From NCBI GenBank assembly GCA_963812995.1, contig CAWEXL010000005.1:204747-268746 (forward strand): a DNA stretch of 64,000 bases, given 5' to 3'. The position numbers were made by a program, and so were the translations under genes. Source of the DNA: an uncultured Thermoleophilia bacterium. Its GTDB lineage: Bacteria; Actinomycetota; Thermoleophilia; Gaiellales; Gaiellaceae. How positions within the stretch are numbered: position 1 is the stretch's first letter; every line of letters starts with the position of its first letter. The notes beneath the pieces were generated by a model. The model saw only the letters and a program-made list of their open reading frames with translations. It was not told where the DNA came from and ran no database searches. This document shows, piece after piece, positions 20,394 through 31,334 of this stretch.

Positions 20394-22205
20394 TCAGTTC
20401 GTCGTCAGGGTGAGCGTGGTGCTGTGCGAGAGGCTGCCGCTCGTGCCGGTGATGGTGACCGTAAACCGCGTCCGGCGGCGGGCGTTTGTGGCCCTGACGG
20501 TCAACGTCGACGTGCCGGTTGCGGGGTTGGGTGCGAACGAGCCGGTGACGCCGGAGACGAAGCCCGCCGCGGAGAGCGAGACGGCACCCGCGAATCCGTT
20601 GGTCGGCGTGATCGTCACGGTGTACGTCGTGGTGCTCGTCCGCGCGATCGTCCGCGACGTCGGCGAGACGCCGAGCGTGAAGTTCCCCGTGGCAGCAGCC
20701 TGCACGACGAGTGAAGCCGAAACCGAGTGCGTGACGCCGCCGCTCGTGCCCGCGATGGTGAACGGGTAGGTACCCGCGGCGAGCGTCGACGTGTTGACGG
20801 TCAGTGTCGACGTCCCCGAGGTGGTCACGGCTGACGGGGTGAAGGTGCCGTTGGCCAGGCCGCTCTGCGTGAGCGCAACCGAGCCGGTGAAGCCGCCACT
20901 CGCGCCGACCGTCACCGTGTACGACGCGGTCGTCCCCTGCGTGACCGTCGCGGCTGCAGGCGTCACACCCACGGTGAACGCAGGCGTGGGCGCGCCGGGC
21001 GTGAACGCGGCGAGGCCGTTCGGCGTGCCGAGCCCCGTCGGCCCGTCATAGCCCGCCCCGCCCGTGCAGAGGTACGCCGGGCTGCAGGTGCCGTTGCTGC
21101 CACTCGTCACGTCGTGCAACGACGACGTGTGCGCGTAGGGCGTTGAGCCATAGGTCGCCGACGCAGCGCTCCCGGTGAGCGCGTACACCGAGGCGATCAG
21201 CGGCGATGCGAGACTCGTGCCGCCCACCTGGAACCAGCCGGACTGCCCGGAGTAGTTGACCGAGTCGTAGACCGCGGCGCCCGTGTTCGGGTCGGCGTCC
21301 GCCGAGACGTCGGCGACGGTGCGGTGGCTGCAGCCGGTGTCCGTCTGCCACGCCGGCTTCGGCTCGTAGGCGGAGCAGCCCGAGCCGGCGTCGGCCCACG
21401 CCGTCTCGCTGCCGTAGGTGTTGTTGGCGCCCAGGTTGAGCGTGGTGCCGCCGACGGCGGTCACGTACTGGGATGCCGCGGGAAACTCGACGCCATACGC
21501 ACCGTCACCCGACGAGGCGGTGATCACCACTCCGGGGTGCTTGAAGTACCTGGTCTCGTCGGAGGTCTCGCCCGAGTACTCGCCGGCGCCCCACGAGTTC
21601 GAGATGACGTTGGCGCCGAGTGCGACGGCTTCGTTTTCGGCTGCGCCGAGGTCGGCGAGCGAGGACGAGTTCGCCTCGACCAGCAGGATCGTGCAGTTCT
21701 GGCAGATCTCCCGTGCGGTCTCGACGTCGAGGGCGATCTCGAGTGACCAGCCGGCGTCGGTCGCGGGGTACGTCGTGCCGCCCGTCTGGTTCACCTTGCG
21801 GAAGCAGCCGTTCGCAGTCGTGCACGCCGCCAGCCCATACTGGGCGTCGTAGCTCGCCAGGTCGGCCTCGATATTCGGGTCGTTGTACGCGTCGACGATC
21901 CCGATCGTCTGAGCTGTAGGCGCCGTCGTCGGCAGCGAATAAGCCGTGTGGAACTGAACAGGGCCATACGCGCCGGGCGGGGGCGCCGTCGAGGTGACGA
22001 GCGGCGTGCCGGCGCTGTTGGTCACGACCTGCACGCCGCAGGCACCGACAGCGGCGGAAGGTGCGCCACAGGCGCGCTTGAACCAGTGGCCGCGGTCGTG
22101 GTCACGTCTCGGACCGCCGCCTCCGCCGGCCGCGGCGCCCGAGCCTACCGCAAGCGTCAGAACCAGACCAAGGGCGAGGACCAGCGCAACGACGGGGTTC
22201 TTCAC
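20394..22205 (-). CDS. Secreted S53 (sedolisin-like) serine peptidase with C-terminal tandem Ig-like domains
   Basis: The GTG at 22205 follows GGAG. The signal peptide is VKNPVVALVLALGLVLTLAVGSGAAAG. S53-type motifs are IGIVDAYNDPNIEADL..YD, EIALDVE, SSGDGAYG and the nucleophile motif GGTSLASP. Two related beta-rich repeats of about 90 aa sit at the C-terminus. The longer track ORF (to 23345) is an antisense extension. Confidence 0.8.
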   Translation of the reverse strand: MKNPVVALVLALGLVLTLAVGSGAAAGGGGGPRRDHDRGHWFKRACGAPSAAVGACGVQVVTNSAGTPLVTSTAPPPGAYGPVQFHTAYSLPTTAPTAQTIGIVDAYNDPNIEADLASYDAQYGLAACTTANGCFRKVNQTGGTTYPATDAGWSLEIALDVETAREICQNCTILLVEANSSSLADLGAAENEAVALGANVISNSWGAGEYSGETSDETRYFKHPGVVITASSGDGAYGVEFPAASQYVTAVGGTTLNLGANNTYGSETAWADAGSGCSAYEPKPAWQTDTGCSHRTVADVSADADPNTGAAVYDSVNYSGQSGWFQVGGTSLASPLIASVYALTGSAASATYGSTPYAHTSSLHDVTSGSNGTCSPAYLCTGGAGYDGPTGLGTPNGLAAFTPGAPTPAFTVGVTPAAATVTQGTTASYTVTVGASGGFTGSVALTQSGLANGTFTPSAVTTSGTSTLTVNTSTLAAGTYPFTIAGTSGGVTHSVSASLVVQAAATGNFTLGVSPTSRTIARTSTTTYTVTITPTNGFAGAVSLSAAGFVSGVTGSFAPNPATGTSTLTVRATNARRRTRFTVTITGTSGSLSHSTTLTLTTN

Positions 22206-22280
22206 CGGAGACTCCTTCTTCGCGGCCAACGAACGGAAGGTCGCATCGTAGGTTCGCCGCGAAAAAACGAAAGGGGGATC

Positions 22281-22310
22281 TTTCCAGGCTTTACATCGCG
22301 CGAGTATGTT
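22281..22310 (+). promoter_or_regulatory. Candidate promoter giving a leaderless antiporter mRNA
   Basis: TTTCCA (22281-22286), an 18-nt spacer, then TATGTT (22305-22310). The ATG at 22317 is only 6 nt downstream of the -10 element, and no SD is present. Confidence 0.25.
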
Positions 22311-22316
22311 CGTCCG

Positions 22317-23486
22317 ATGAGTTTCGGGGTCCTCGCGGTGATCGTCTGTGCGGGCCTTGGCGGACCGCTCCTGTCGCTCAGCCGGGGCGGCCTCGTACCG
22401 GTCGTAGTCGGCCAACTGGCGGCCGGAGTGCTCGTCGGCAAAACCGGCTTCTCTTGGGTCAATCCGGCCCAGCCGACCATCGTGTTCCTCGCCGCGGTCG
22501 GTTTCGCCATGTTGATGTTTGCAGCCGGGATGCACGTCCCGATCCGCCAGCCGGGAATCGGGAAGGGGCTCCGCCGCGGGGTGATCGCCGCCGTGTTTGC
22601 CGGCCTGGCGAGCGTCCCCGCCGGCATCGGCATCGCGGCGATCCTGGGCGGGGGCCACGCGGCGATCTACGCGCTCCTGCTCGCCAGCGGGTCGGCAGCG
22701 ATCCTCTTGCCGGTCGTCGAAGAGCTTGGCGTGCTCGACGACGCGGACGTACTGACGGTAATGGCGCAGGTAGCGGTCGCCGACGTCGCGGCGATCGTCG
22801 CCCTGCCGCTCGTGCTGCAGCCGTCGAAGGCCGGCGCGGCGGCGCTCGGCGGCCTCGCCGTTGCCGCCGCTGCCGTCGCTCTGTTCGGCGCCGCGTACGC
22901 TCTGCGCGGTCATCGGTTCGTCCACCGCGTTCGCAAGGAGTCGAAGCACCGCGGCTGGGCGCTCGACCTGCGGCTGGCACTCCTGGCCCTGTTCGTGCTC
23001 GCCTGGCTGGCCGTGCGGTCGGGGACGAGCGTGCTGATCGCCGGCTTCGCCGTCGGACTCGTCGTGGCGCTGATCGGCGGTCCGAAGCGGCTGTCGACCC
23101 AGGTGACCGGCATTGCGGCCGGCTTCTTCATCCCGCTGTTCTTCGTCGTGCTCGGCGCCAAGCTCGATCTGCGCGCCGTCGTCCACAAGCCTTCGATCCT
23201 CGAGCTGACGGCTTTGCTCACCGTGGCGAACGTCGCGGTCCACCTGCTCGCCGCAGCCGTCACCCGGCAGAAGCTGCCTGCGGCGCTGGTGGCCACCGCG
23301 CAACTCGGGCTGCCCGCAGGTGTCGTCACGCTCGGCCTGCAGCACCAGGTGATCTCGCCGGCCCAGGGCGGCGCGATCCTGCTGGCCGCCCTGATCACCA
23401 TCGGGCTCTGCCCCGCGGGTGTGGCGTTGCTGGCGCGTGGGAAACCTGCCGTCGCGCCGACTCCCGCGCCCAGTACAGCGCCGTGA
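22317..23486 (+). CDS. Cation:proton antiporter (CPA2/Kef-type membrane domain)
   Basis: Intact. It has about 11-12 hydrophobic helices and family-typical segments (LLLASGSAAILLPVV, SVLIAGFAVGL, FFIPLFFVVLGAKLDL). Confidence 0.85.
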   Translation: MSFGVLAVIVCAGLGGPLLSLSRGGLVPVVVGQLAAGVLVGKTGFSWVNPAQPTIVFLAAVGFAMLMFAAGMHVPIRQPGIGKGLRRGVIAAVFAGLASVPAGIGIAAILGGGHAAIYALLLASGSAAILLPVVEELGVLDDADVLTVMAQVAVADVAAIVALPLVLQPSKAGAAALGGLAVAAAAVALFGAAYALRGHRFVHRVRKESKHRGWALDLRLALLALFVLAWLAVRSGTSVLIAGFAVGLVVALIGGPKRLSTQVTGIAAGFFIPLFFVVLGAKLDLRAVVHKPSILELTALLTVANVAVHLLAAAVTRQKLPAALVATAQLGLPAGVVTLGLQHQVISPAQGGAILLAALITIGLCPAGVALLARGKPAVAPTPAPSTAP

Positions 23487-24553
23487 ACGTCGTCGCAGCG
23501 ACGGCCAGCTACGAACGCTGGCTGGGCGACGAGCTCAGCGTCGTCCTGCAAGACGATCTCGCCGTCAAGCACCAGAAGATGGCCGAGTCCGCGTTCCCGT
23601 TTCTCCGGGCGACCTATTACCTCTGGCTCGCCCGGCTCGTGAAGCACCCCGCCCCCGGGCTGACCGACGCACCCGAGATCGTCGCAATCGGCGACCTCCA
23701 CGTCGAGAACTTCGGCTGCTGGCGTGACGCCGACGGCCGTCTCGCCTGGGGCGCCAACGACTTCGACGAGATCGCCGCCCTTCCGTACACGTACGACTTG
23801 CTGCGGCTTTCGGCCAGCGCACTGCTTGCGGTGCGCGAGCGGCGCCTGCCGCTCGCCGAGCACGAGGTGGCGGCGCTCGTGCTGGAGGGCTACCGCGAAG
23901 GACTCGCATCGGGTGGCAAGCCGTTCGTGGCCGGCGCGGGCCACCGCTGGCTCACCCTCCCCCGTGGCGCGGCCCGATACTTCTGGCCACAGCTCGAGAG
24001 GCTGCCCGCTCCCGGCGAGCCGCCCCTGCCGGACGACGCCGACGCGGCCCTGCAGTCACTCGCACCGAAAGGTGCCTGGCACCCGACGCTGCACCGGCGG
24101 ACCGCAGGTCTCGGCAGTCTCGGCCATCGCCGCGTGGTCGCCGTCGGGAAGGCGGCCGACGGCCGCGTCGCCCGCGAGCTGAAGGAGCTCTCGCCCCCGG
24201 CAGGCGTGTGGCTCGGCCTACCGCATGTCGCGGCGCCGCGACCCACGTCCGGGCCGTCGTGGACGGTCGACCCGCTGCTGGCCGTCCGCGGCCGCTGGCA
24301 GTGCCGCCGGCTCGCCCCGGACTGCGTGAAGCTCGACCTCGCCGACTACGGCCACGGCCAGGAGCGGCACCTCGTGAAGGCGATGGGCTTCGAGGCCGCC
24401 AACGTACACCAGCGCTCGAAACCCGCCCAGGTCGCAGCCGTGCACACCCATGCGAAGACGCTACGAGAAGCAGATTTCCAACACCTCGTGGTCCATCTCA
24501 CTGCTGAGGTCGAGCGCGACCAGCACGACTGGCACACGCACTTCCGGCGCTGA
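23483..24553 (+). CDS. DUF2252 domain-containing protein
   Basis: The GTG overlaps the antiporter TGA (GTGA). Motifs recalled for DUF2252 are FPFLRATYYLW, GDLHVENFG and NDFDE. Confidence 0.75.
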   Translation: MNVVAATASYERWLGDELSVVLQDDLAVKHQKMAESAFPFLRATYYLWLARLVKHPAPGLTDAPEIVAIGDLHVENFGCWRDADGRLAWGANDFDEIAALPYTYDLLRLSASALLAVRERRLPLAEHEVAALVLEGYREGLASGGKPFVAGAGHRWLTLPRGAARYFWPQLERLPAPGEPPLPDDADAALQSLAPKGAWHPTLHRRTAGLGSLGHRRVVAVGKAADGRVARELKELSPPAGVWLGLPHVAAPRPTSGPSWTVDPLLAVRGRWQCRRLAPDCVKLDLADYGHGQERHLVKAMGFEAANVHQRSKPAQVAAVHTHAKTLREADFQHLVVHLTAEVERDQHDWHTHFRR

Positions 24554-25066
24554 TCAGCAGTCGAACGTGCCGGTCAACGCCTGGCCGGAGAACGTGTTGC
24601 CCCTGATCGTGCCGCGCGTGCGGTGCCCTTGCAGCGTCGCGACACCCGAGAGGACGTCATACGACTTGTCGGCGTACACGACCGTGAGCACCGTGCCGCT
24701 CCGATAACTGCCGTCCTTCCGGGCCGGCGGCGAACCGGAGCCGGGGATCCGCCCGATGTCGAGTCCGAAGTAGTTCGGCTGGTGGCGCGAGGTCTGTCCC
24801 AGGACGACCGTGCCGATATTGATGCTGACGTACTGCGGCGTCGCCACGCAGTTCCCCTGGGCAAACACGAACGTCTTGCCGCCGATCCGGATTCGGGCAG
24901 TCGCGGGCCCGCAGAATGTGCGCGCCGGCACGCCGTTCAGCTTGCGCTCGCCCGCTTTGCAGACGGTCGGGCGAACGGCCACAGCCGAGCTCGCAACAAT
25001 CCCGCCGGCCACGGTGACTCCGGTCAGCACCACGACAGCCGTGACAAAACGTGCTCGCAACGGCAT
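24554..25066 (-). CDS. Secreted hypothetical protein (about 170 aa, Cys-containing, beta-rich)
   Basis: The ATG at 25066 is preceded by GGATGGGGGA. A signal-like N-terminus (MPLRARFVTAVVVLTGVTVAGGIVASSAVA) is followed by a domain containing 4-5 Cys. The upstream part of the track ORF is not needed. Confidence 0.55.
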   Translation of the reverse strand: MPLRARFVTAVVVLTGVTVAGGIVASSAVAVRPTVCKAGERKLNGVPARTFCGPATARIRIGGKTFVFAQGNCVATPQYVSINIGTVVLGQTSRHQPNYFGLDIGRIPGSGSPPARKDGSYRSGTVLTVVYADKSYDVLSGVATLQGHRTRGTIRGNTFSGQALTGTFDC

Positions 25067-25174
25067 TCCCCCATCCTGAACCGTCGCCATCGCCGAGTAG
25101 TATTCCGCTTGCTGACGCGCCTTCCTGGAACCCCGGTTACGCCATCTGACAGCGAGCGTCCCCGTCTGCGGCTG

Positions 25175-26446
25175 GTGCGCGCCGCACCGGAGCCGCTCGG
25201 GCCGGTCAGTCCGGAGCTCGTGCTCGTCTCGCCCGACCTGGCGGCACTGATCGCGGGCACACCCGACGCGATCCTCGTCGATGACCGGGGAACGAGCACC
25301 GACGACCACGACGCAGAGGCGAACAGCGCCGAGCCGGCCGAGGAGACGTCCCCGCACGTGCGGCCACACGGCGGCGCGCCGCGTGGCACGGTGCGCTACG
25401 ACACGAGCGATCTGGTGCTCGAACAGCACGGACTGGTGCTGGAGCTCGAGGATCGCGGTGAGCTGCGGGTCTGGCGGCTGACGCTGCCCCGCGGCGAGCA
25501 GGTCGAGGTGCCGGCTGCACCCTCAGGCATTCCCCGCCGCATCGCCGCCTTGCTCGACACGCTGGTCGGCGAGGACGACCTGCGCCGCGTGCCGGCGCGT
25601 AGCGACAGCCCCGAGATCCGGCGGCTCGAGGCGGAGCTTCTGGCTCAGCGCCGCTCACTTGTCGCCCACGACGCCGGGACACGGCTCGCGGTCGACGCCG
25701 AAAACCTGCATCAGCTGCGCGTCGCGAGCCGCCGCGTGCGCGCGTTCCTGCGTGTCGCGCGGGAACTCGTCGACGCCGGCTGGGCGGCCGAGCTGAACGC
25801 CGCGCTGCGCAGCTTCGGACAGGCGAGCGGCGACGCGCGCGATCTCGACGTCCTGCTCGAGCACCTGCAGAGCGAGGCACCCACGCTGGGAGCTCCCGAT
25901 TCGGAGGCGGCGCTGCAGCTGATCCGGATGCTCGAGCGCGATCGCGACGAGCTGCAGGCTCGCCTCGAAGCGGCGCTCGACAGCCGCGAGCACCGGGCGC
26001 TGCTCGAGCAGCTGGCGCTCCCGGTCGAAGCCGCGGCCGGCCCCTCCGGGCGCACACTGGCCGACCTGGCCGCGCGTGAGCTCCGGCGGCTCGTCGCGCA
26101 GGTCCGCGCGCTCGGCAAGTCACCGGCCGAAGAGAAGCTGCACGAGCTGAGAATCCGTGTGAAGCGCGTCCGCTACGCGGCCGAACTCGGCGGGCTCCGC
26201 GGCGGCGGCCGCACAGCGCGCGTGATCGAAGCGGCGACGTCGCTGCAGGACATCCTCGGCGGTCACCAGGATGCGGTCGTCGCCGAACAGCGAATCCGCG
26301 GGCTCGCCGAGCGCACCGACGATCCCGGCGTCGCATTCGCCGCCGGACGGCTGGCCGAGCGGCAGCGGCAGCGCCGCGACGCGCTTCAGCAGCAGCTGCC
26401 CGCGGCCTGGCGCCGCCTGCGCAAGCTGTCGCGCGAGCTCAAGTAG
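25175..26446 (+). CDS. CHAD domain-containing protein (only a remnant of a CYTH-like N-terminus); start uncertain
   Basis: CHAD hallmarks are present: LHQLRVASRRVRAFLRV, LGQASGDARDLDVL, LHELRIRVKRVRYAAEL and LQDILGGHQD. A GTG at 25175 is the first plausible start after the divergent neighbour. Confidence 0.8.
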   Translation: MRAAPEPLGPVSPELVLVSPDLAALIAGTPDAILVDDRGTSTDDHDAEANSAEPAEETSPHVRPHGGAPRGTVRYDTSDLVLEQHGLVLELEDRGELRVWRLTLPRGEQVEVPAAPSGIPRRIAALLDTLVGEDDLRRVPARSDSPEIRRLEAELLAQRRSLVAHDAGTRLAVDAENLHQLRVASRRVRAFLRVARELVDAGWAAELNAALRSFGQASGDARDLDVLLEHLQSEAPTLGAPDSEAALQLIRMLERDRDELQARLEAALDSREHRALLEQLALPVEAAAGPSGRTLADLAARELRRLVAQVRALGKSPAEEKLHELRIRVKRVRYAAELGGLRGGGRTARVIEAATSLQDILGGHQDAVVAEQRIRGLAERTDDPGVAFAAGRLAERQRQRRDALQQQLPAAWRRLRKLSRELK

Positions 26447-27872
26447 CGGTGTCTGACACCGGTTCGCGGCTGACCCGCGCGACGCCGTCTGCCTCGGCCG
26501 CGCGCGCAACCGCGCTCGCGACGGCGGGCACGACATCGCGGTTGAAGACGCTGGGGATGATGTAGTCGGCGGCGAGCTCGTTCTCGCCGATCGCCGCGGC
26601 GATCGCGTGGCCGGCGGCGACCTCCATGGAATCGGTGATCGTCCGCGCGCGAACGTCCAATGCGCCTCGGAAGACACCGGGAAACGCGAGCACGTTGTTG
26701 ATCTGGTTCGGGTAGTCGGACCGGCCTGTCGCGATCACGGCCACAAAACCCTCGATCTCCTCGGGCGACACCTCGGGAGTCGGGTTCGCCATCGCGAAGA
26801 CGATGGCGTTCTTCGCCATGCTCTTGATGCCCGCGACGCTGACGGCGTTCGGCTGCGAAAGGCCGAGGTACACATCAGCCCCGGCGAGCGCCTCGGACGC
26901 GCTGCCGCGGACATTCTCGGGATTCGTCTCCTCGGCGAAGCGCTCCTTCACTGACGTCAGGCCCTCGCGGCCGCGGTAGACGGCCCCCACGCTGTCGCAG
27001 CCGATCACGTTGCGGACGCCGGCGGCCTGCAGCGTGCGGGTCACCGCGATGCCCGCGGCCCCGACGCCGGTCACGACGACCTTCACGTCTTCGATGCGCT
27101 TGTCGACGACGCGGAGCGCATTCAGGAACGCCGCGAGCACGACGATCGCCGTGCCGTGCTGGTCGTCGTGGAAGACGGGGATGTCGAGCGTCGCGCGCAG
27201 CCGGTCCTCGACCTCGAAGCAGCGGGGCGCAGCGATGTCCTCGAGGTTGATGCCGCCGAATCCCGGCGCGATCGCCTGGACGGTCGCGACGATCTCGTCG
27301 GTGTCCTTCGTCGCCAGGCAGATGGGCCACGCGTCGACGCCGCCGAACTCCTTGAACAGCAGCGCCTTGCCCTCCATCACCGGCATGGCGGCCTCGGGGC
27401 CGATGTCGCCGAGGCCGAGCACCGCGCTGCCGTCGGTGACGACCGCAACGGTGTTCCGCTTGATCGTCAGGTTCCAGGCGCTCTCGGGATCGTCGGCGAT
27501 CGCGCGACAGACGCGCGCAACCCCGGGCGTGTACGCCATCGACAGATCGTCGCGCGTCTTCACCGGCGAATTGGCGTTCATGTGGATCTTGCCGCCGAGA
27601 TGCAGCAGGAACGTGCGGTCGGAGACCCGCTCGACCTCGACGCCCGGGACATCGGCGCACGCGGCGACGATCCGGTCGGCATGCTCGGCGTCGGTGGCGA
27701 AGACGCTGATGTCGCGGATCTTCATCCCCGCGTCGACGCGAACGAGGTCGATCGCGTCGAGCAGTCCACCCGCATCCGCGATCGCACGCGCGAGATCGGC
27801 GAAGCTGCCGGGGCGGTCGTCGAGCCTGGCCCGGAGCGTGAAGCTGTGCGAGGCGGAGTAGTGGGTGCTCAT
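26439..27872 (-). CDS. NAD(P)-dependent malic enzyme with N-terminal ACT domain
   Basis: Intact 477 aa. An ACT-like first region of about 95 aa is followed by LSMAYTPGVARVC, VVTDGSAVLGLGDIG, PVMEGKALLFKEFGGVDA, FGGINLEDI, VFHDDQHGTA, GVGAAGIA and GRSDYPNQINNVLAFPG. Confidence 0.9.
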   Translation of the reverse strand: MSTHYSASHSFTLRARLDDRPGSFADLARAIADAGGLLDAIDLVRVDAGMKIRDISVFATDAEHADRIVAACADVPGVEVERVSDRTFLLHLGGKIHMNANSPVKTRDDLSMAYTPGVARVCRAIADDPESAWNLTIKRNTVAVVTDGSAVLGLGDIGPEAAMPVMEGKALLFKEFGGVDAWPICLATKDTDEIVATVQAIAPGFGGINLEDIAAPRCFEVEDRLRATLDIPVFHDDQHGTAIVVLAAFLNALRVVDKRIEDVKVVVTGVGAAGIAVTRTLQAAGVRNVIGCDSVGAVYRGREGLTSVKERFAEETNPENVRGSASEALAGADVYLGLSQPNAVSVAGIKSMAKNAIVFAMANPTPEVSPEEIEGFVAVIATGRSDYPNQINNVLAFPGVFRGALDVRARTITDSMEVAAGHAIAAAIGENELAADYIIPSVFNRDVVPAVASAVARAAEADGVARVSREPVSDTAT

Positions 27873-27903
27873 GCCCCGTACTTTACGGGAGCGGCTGTGG
27901 GAC

Positions 27904-29061
<1,158 letters not shown>

Positions 29062-29065
<4 letters not shown>

Positions 29066-30414
29066 CTGTTGCTCCTTCCGGAACTAGCCGGCTCTGCACC
29101 AAACGACAGAGCCAAGGTTGTCGATCTGAGTGCGGCCGGCATCAGCTCACCGTGCGCCAGCGTGAGCTCGTCGCAGAGCGCGTCGATTTCGTCGAGGGTC
29201 AGGGCCGCGGCCGTCGCGGCGTCGAGCATGGCCGCGTGCCGGACGTGATCGGGCCTGCTCTCGAGCACAGCGCGGACGGTGAGGTCGACGACGCTCGCAT
29301 AGTTGCGGTTCAGAGCGGCGAGCTGCGCGGGATAGTCCGCGACGGGCGTGGGCCGAATGCCGGTGCGGTCGACGAGGCACGGCACCTCGACACACGCGCG
29401 GTCGGGCAGTCCGGGGATCAGCCCCGTGTTCGGGACGTTGCCGTAGATGACCGACGGCTCGCCGGTGACGATCGAGTTGACGATCACGGAGGCATATTCG
29501 TTCGACCGCTCGACGTCGATCGCTTCCCCGCGGCCGAGCGCGCTCTTCACGCGCGCGTACTCCTCGAGGTTCGCCTCGCTGCGAGTGATGTACTCGTCGA
29601 CCGGGATCCGGTAGCGCTCGATCTCCTCGTCGTGCGTCATGAACCACGGCACGTACTCGGCGGCATGCTCGCTCGACTCGGTCGGGAAGAACCCGAGCCG
29701 CCGATAGAGCGCGACGCGGACGCGGCGCTGCAGCTCGGCGTCACCGGCGATACGGGCGTCGAGCCGCGGGTAGAGGCTCTCGCCGTCGCGCTCGAAGCGC
29801 AGGACGAACGCCTGGTGGTTGATGCCTCCGACGAGGAACGTCACCTCGCTCTCGGGCACGTCGACGAGCCTGCAGAGCTCCTCGATGGTGAACTGCACCG
29901 AGTGGCACAACCCGACGACGTTCTTCGTCGGCGTTCCGCGGTAGACGAGCTCGCAGAGCGCGGCCATCGGGTTCGTGTAGTTCAGAAGCCAGGCCTCGGC
30001 CGGGCAGAGCTCGGCCAGCTCGTGGCCGAGCGCCAGCATGTGGTCGGCGGTGCGCAGCGTGCGAAAGATGCCGCCGATCCCGAGCGTGTCGGCGATGGTC
30101 TGGCGCACGCCGTAGCGCGCGGGAATCTCGAAGTCGCGGAGCGTCGCCTCCAGCCCGCCGATCTGCACCATGTTCAGGACGAAGTCCGAGCCCTCGATCG
30201 CCGCGCGCCGATCGTGGTGCGTACTGATCGTCGGGCTCGCGCCGCGGACGGAGGCGACGTAGCGCGCCATCGCCGCGGCGGTCTCGAGCCGGTCCGGGTC
30301 GATGTCGTGCAACGCGATCTCGACGTCCCGCAGCGCGGGAAGGTCGAGGATGTCGCCCAGCAGGTTCTTCGTGAAGATGACGCTGCCGGCGCCGATGAAC
30401 GCGATGCGCGTCAT
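29062..30414 (-). CDS. Glycoside hydrolase family 4 (alpha-galactosidase/alpha-glucosidase, NAD+/Mn2+-dependent)
   Basis: Intact 450 aa. GH4 hallmarks are [28 protein letters not shown] and GINHQAF. It overlaps the ATPase start by 4 nt. Confidence 0.88.
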
Positions 30415-31334
30415 CCCTTGTTCGACCCCAGCGTCAGCCCGTTGACGAAGTGCTTCTGGAGGGCGGCGAAGACCAGAACCGTGGGGATCGCCGTCATCAG
30501 CGCGCCTGCGGCAAGCAGGTTGTTGTTGGTGAAGAACTCACCCTGCAGGTTGTTCAACGCCGCGGTGATCGGCCGCTTGCTGCCGTTCTCGATCAGGATC
30601 AGCGCCCAGAGGAAGTCGTTGTAGATGAACGTGAACTCGAGCGTCGCCAGGGCGGCGAGAGCCGGCCTGCAGAGCGGCAGGATGATCTTGAAGTACTGGC
30701 GTGCGACTCCGGCGCCGTCGACGCGCGCCGCCTCGGTGAGCGACTTCGGAATCGTCTTCATGTAGTTCGAGAGGACGAACGTGCAGAAGCCCGTCTGGAA
30801 GGCGACGTTGATCAGGATCAGCCCGAGGTACGAGTCGTACATCAGGCCGCTGTCCGAGATCCACGTCGGCAGGGGAATGCGCAGGTAGATCCGATAGAGC
30901 GGCTGCAGGATGACCTGTTGCGGCAGCAGGTTCGCCGACATGAAGAAGACCAGCAGCGGGATGTTCCAGCGGAAGCTGAGCCGCGAGACGACGAACGCGA
31001 TCGCCGACGAGAAGAGCAGGATCAGGAAGATCGCCGGAATCGCGACGATGATCGAGTTCCAGAAGTAGTGCGGGAACTGGGCCTGGTTCCAGGCGGCCGT
31101 GAAGTTGTCGAAGTTCAGGTGCTTCGGCCAGGAGACGAAGCCGTACTCCGAGGTGTCCGCGTACGGCCGCATCGCCGTGAAGATCGCCCACAGAATCGGC
31201 GAGATCCACAGCAGCGTGACCAGGGCCAGAAAGACGTGCAGCCCGATCCGCGACCGGCGGAGCTTCGGCTTCGGCCTCGGCGCCTTCGGCGTCCGAACTT
31301 CTGGCGCGGTGTCAGCTAGCGCGGCGTCGCTCAT
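30411..31334 (-). CDS. Carbohydrate ABC transporter permease (MalG-like)
   Basis: The ATG at 31334 gives MSDAALADT... It has six helices and an EAA-type loop (LTEAARVDGAGVARQYFKIILP). The upstream part of the track ORF is an out-of-gene extension. Confidence 0.88.
   Translation of the reverse strand: MSDAALADTAPEVRTPKAPRPKPKLRRSRIGLHVFLALVTLLWISPILWAIFTAMRPYADTSEYGFVSWPKHLNFDNFTAAWNQAQFPHYFWNSIIVAIPAIFLILLFSSAIAFVVSRLSFRWNIPLLVFFMSANLLPQQVILQPLYRIYLRIPLPTWISDSGLMYDSYLGLILINVAFQTGFCTFVLSNYMKTIPKSLTEAARVDGAGVARQYFKIILPLCRPALAALATLEFTFIYNDFLWALILIENGSKRPITAALNNLQGEFFTNNNLLAAGALMTAIPTVLVFAALQKHFVNGLTLGSNKG

Noticed and set aside
22206-23345. N-terminal 380 codons of the 983-aa track ORF 20394..23345
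   Set aside because: This part is antisense to the antiporter gene and is Arg/Asp/Gly-rich junk. The protease has its own SD, GTG and signal peptide at 22205.
25206-26336. 376-aa minus-strand ORF
   Set aside because: It is antisense to the CHAD gene and consists almost entirely of R/A/P/G.
27875-27889. Hairpin CCCGTA-CTT-TACGGG between the ABC ATPase stop and the malic enzyme start as an intrinsic terminator
   Set aside because: It has only a 6-bp stem and no U-tract. It is too weak to call.
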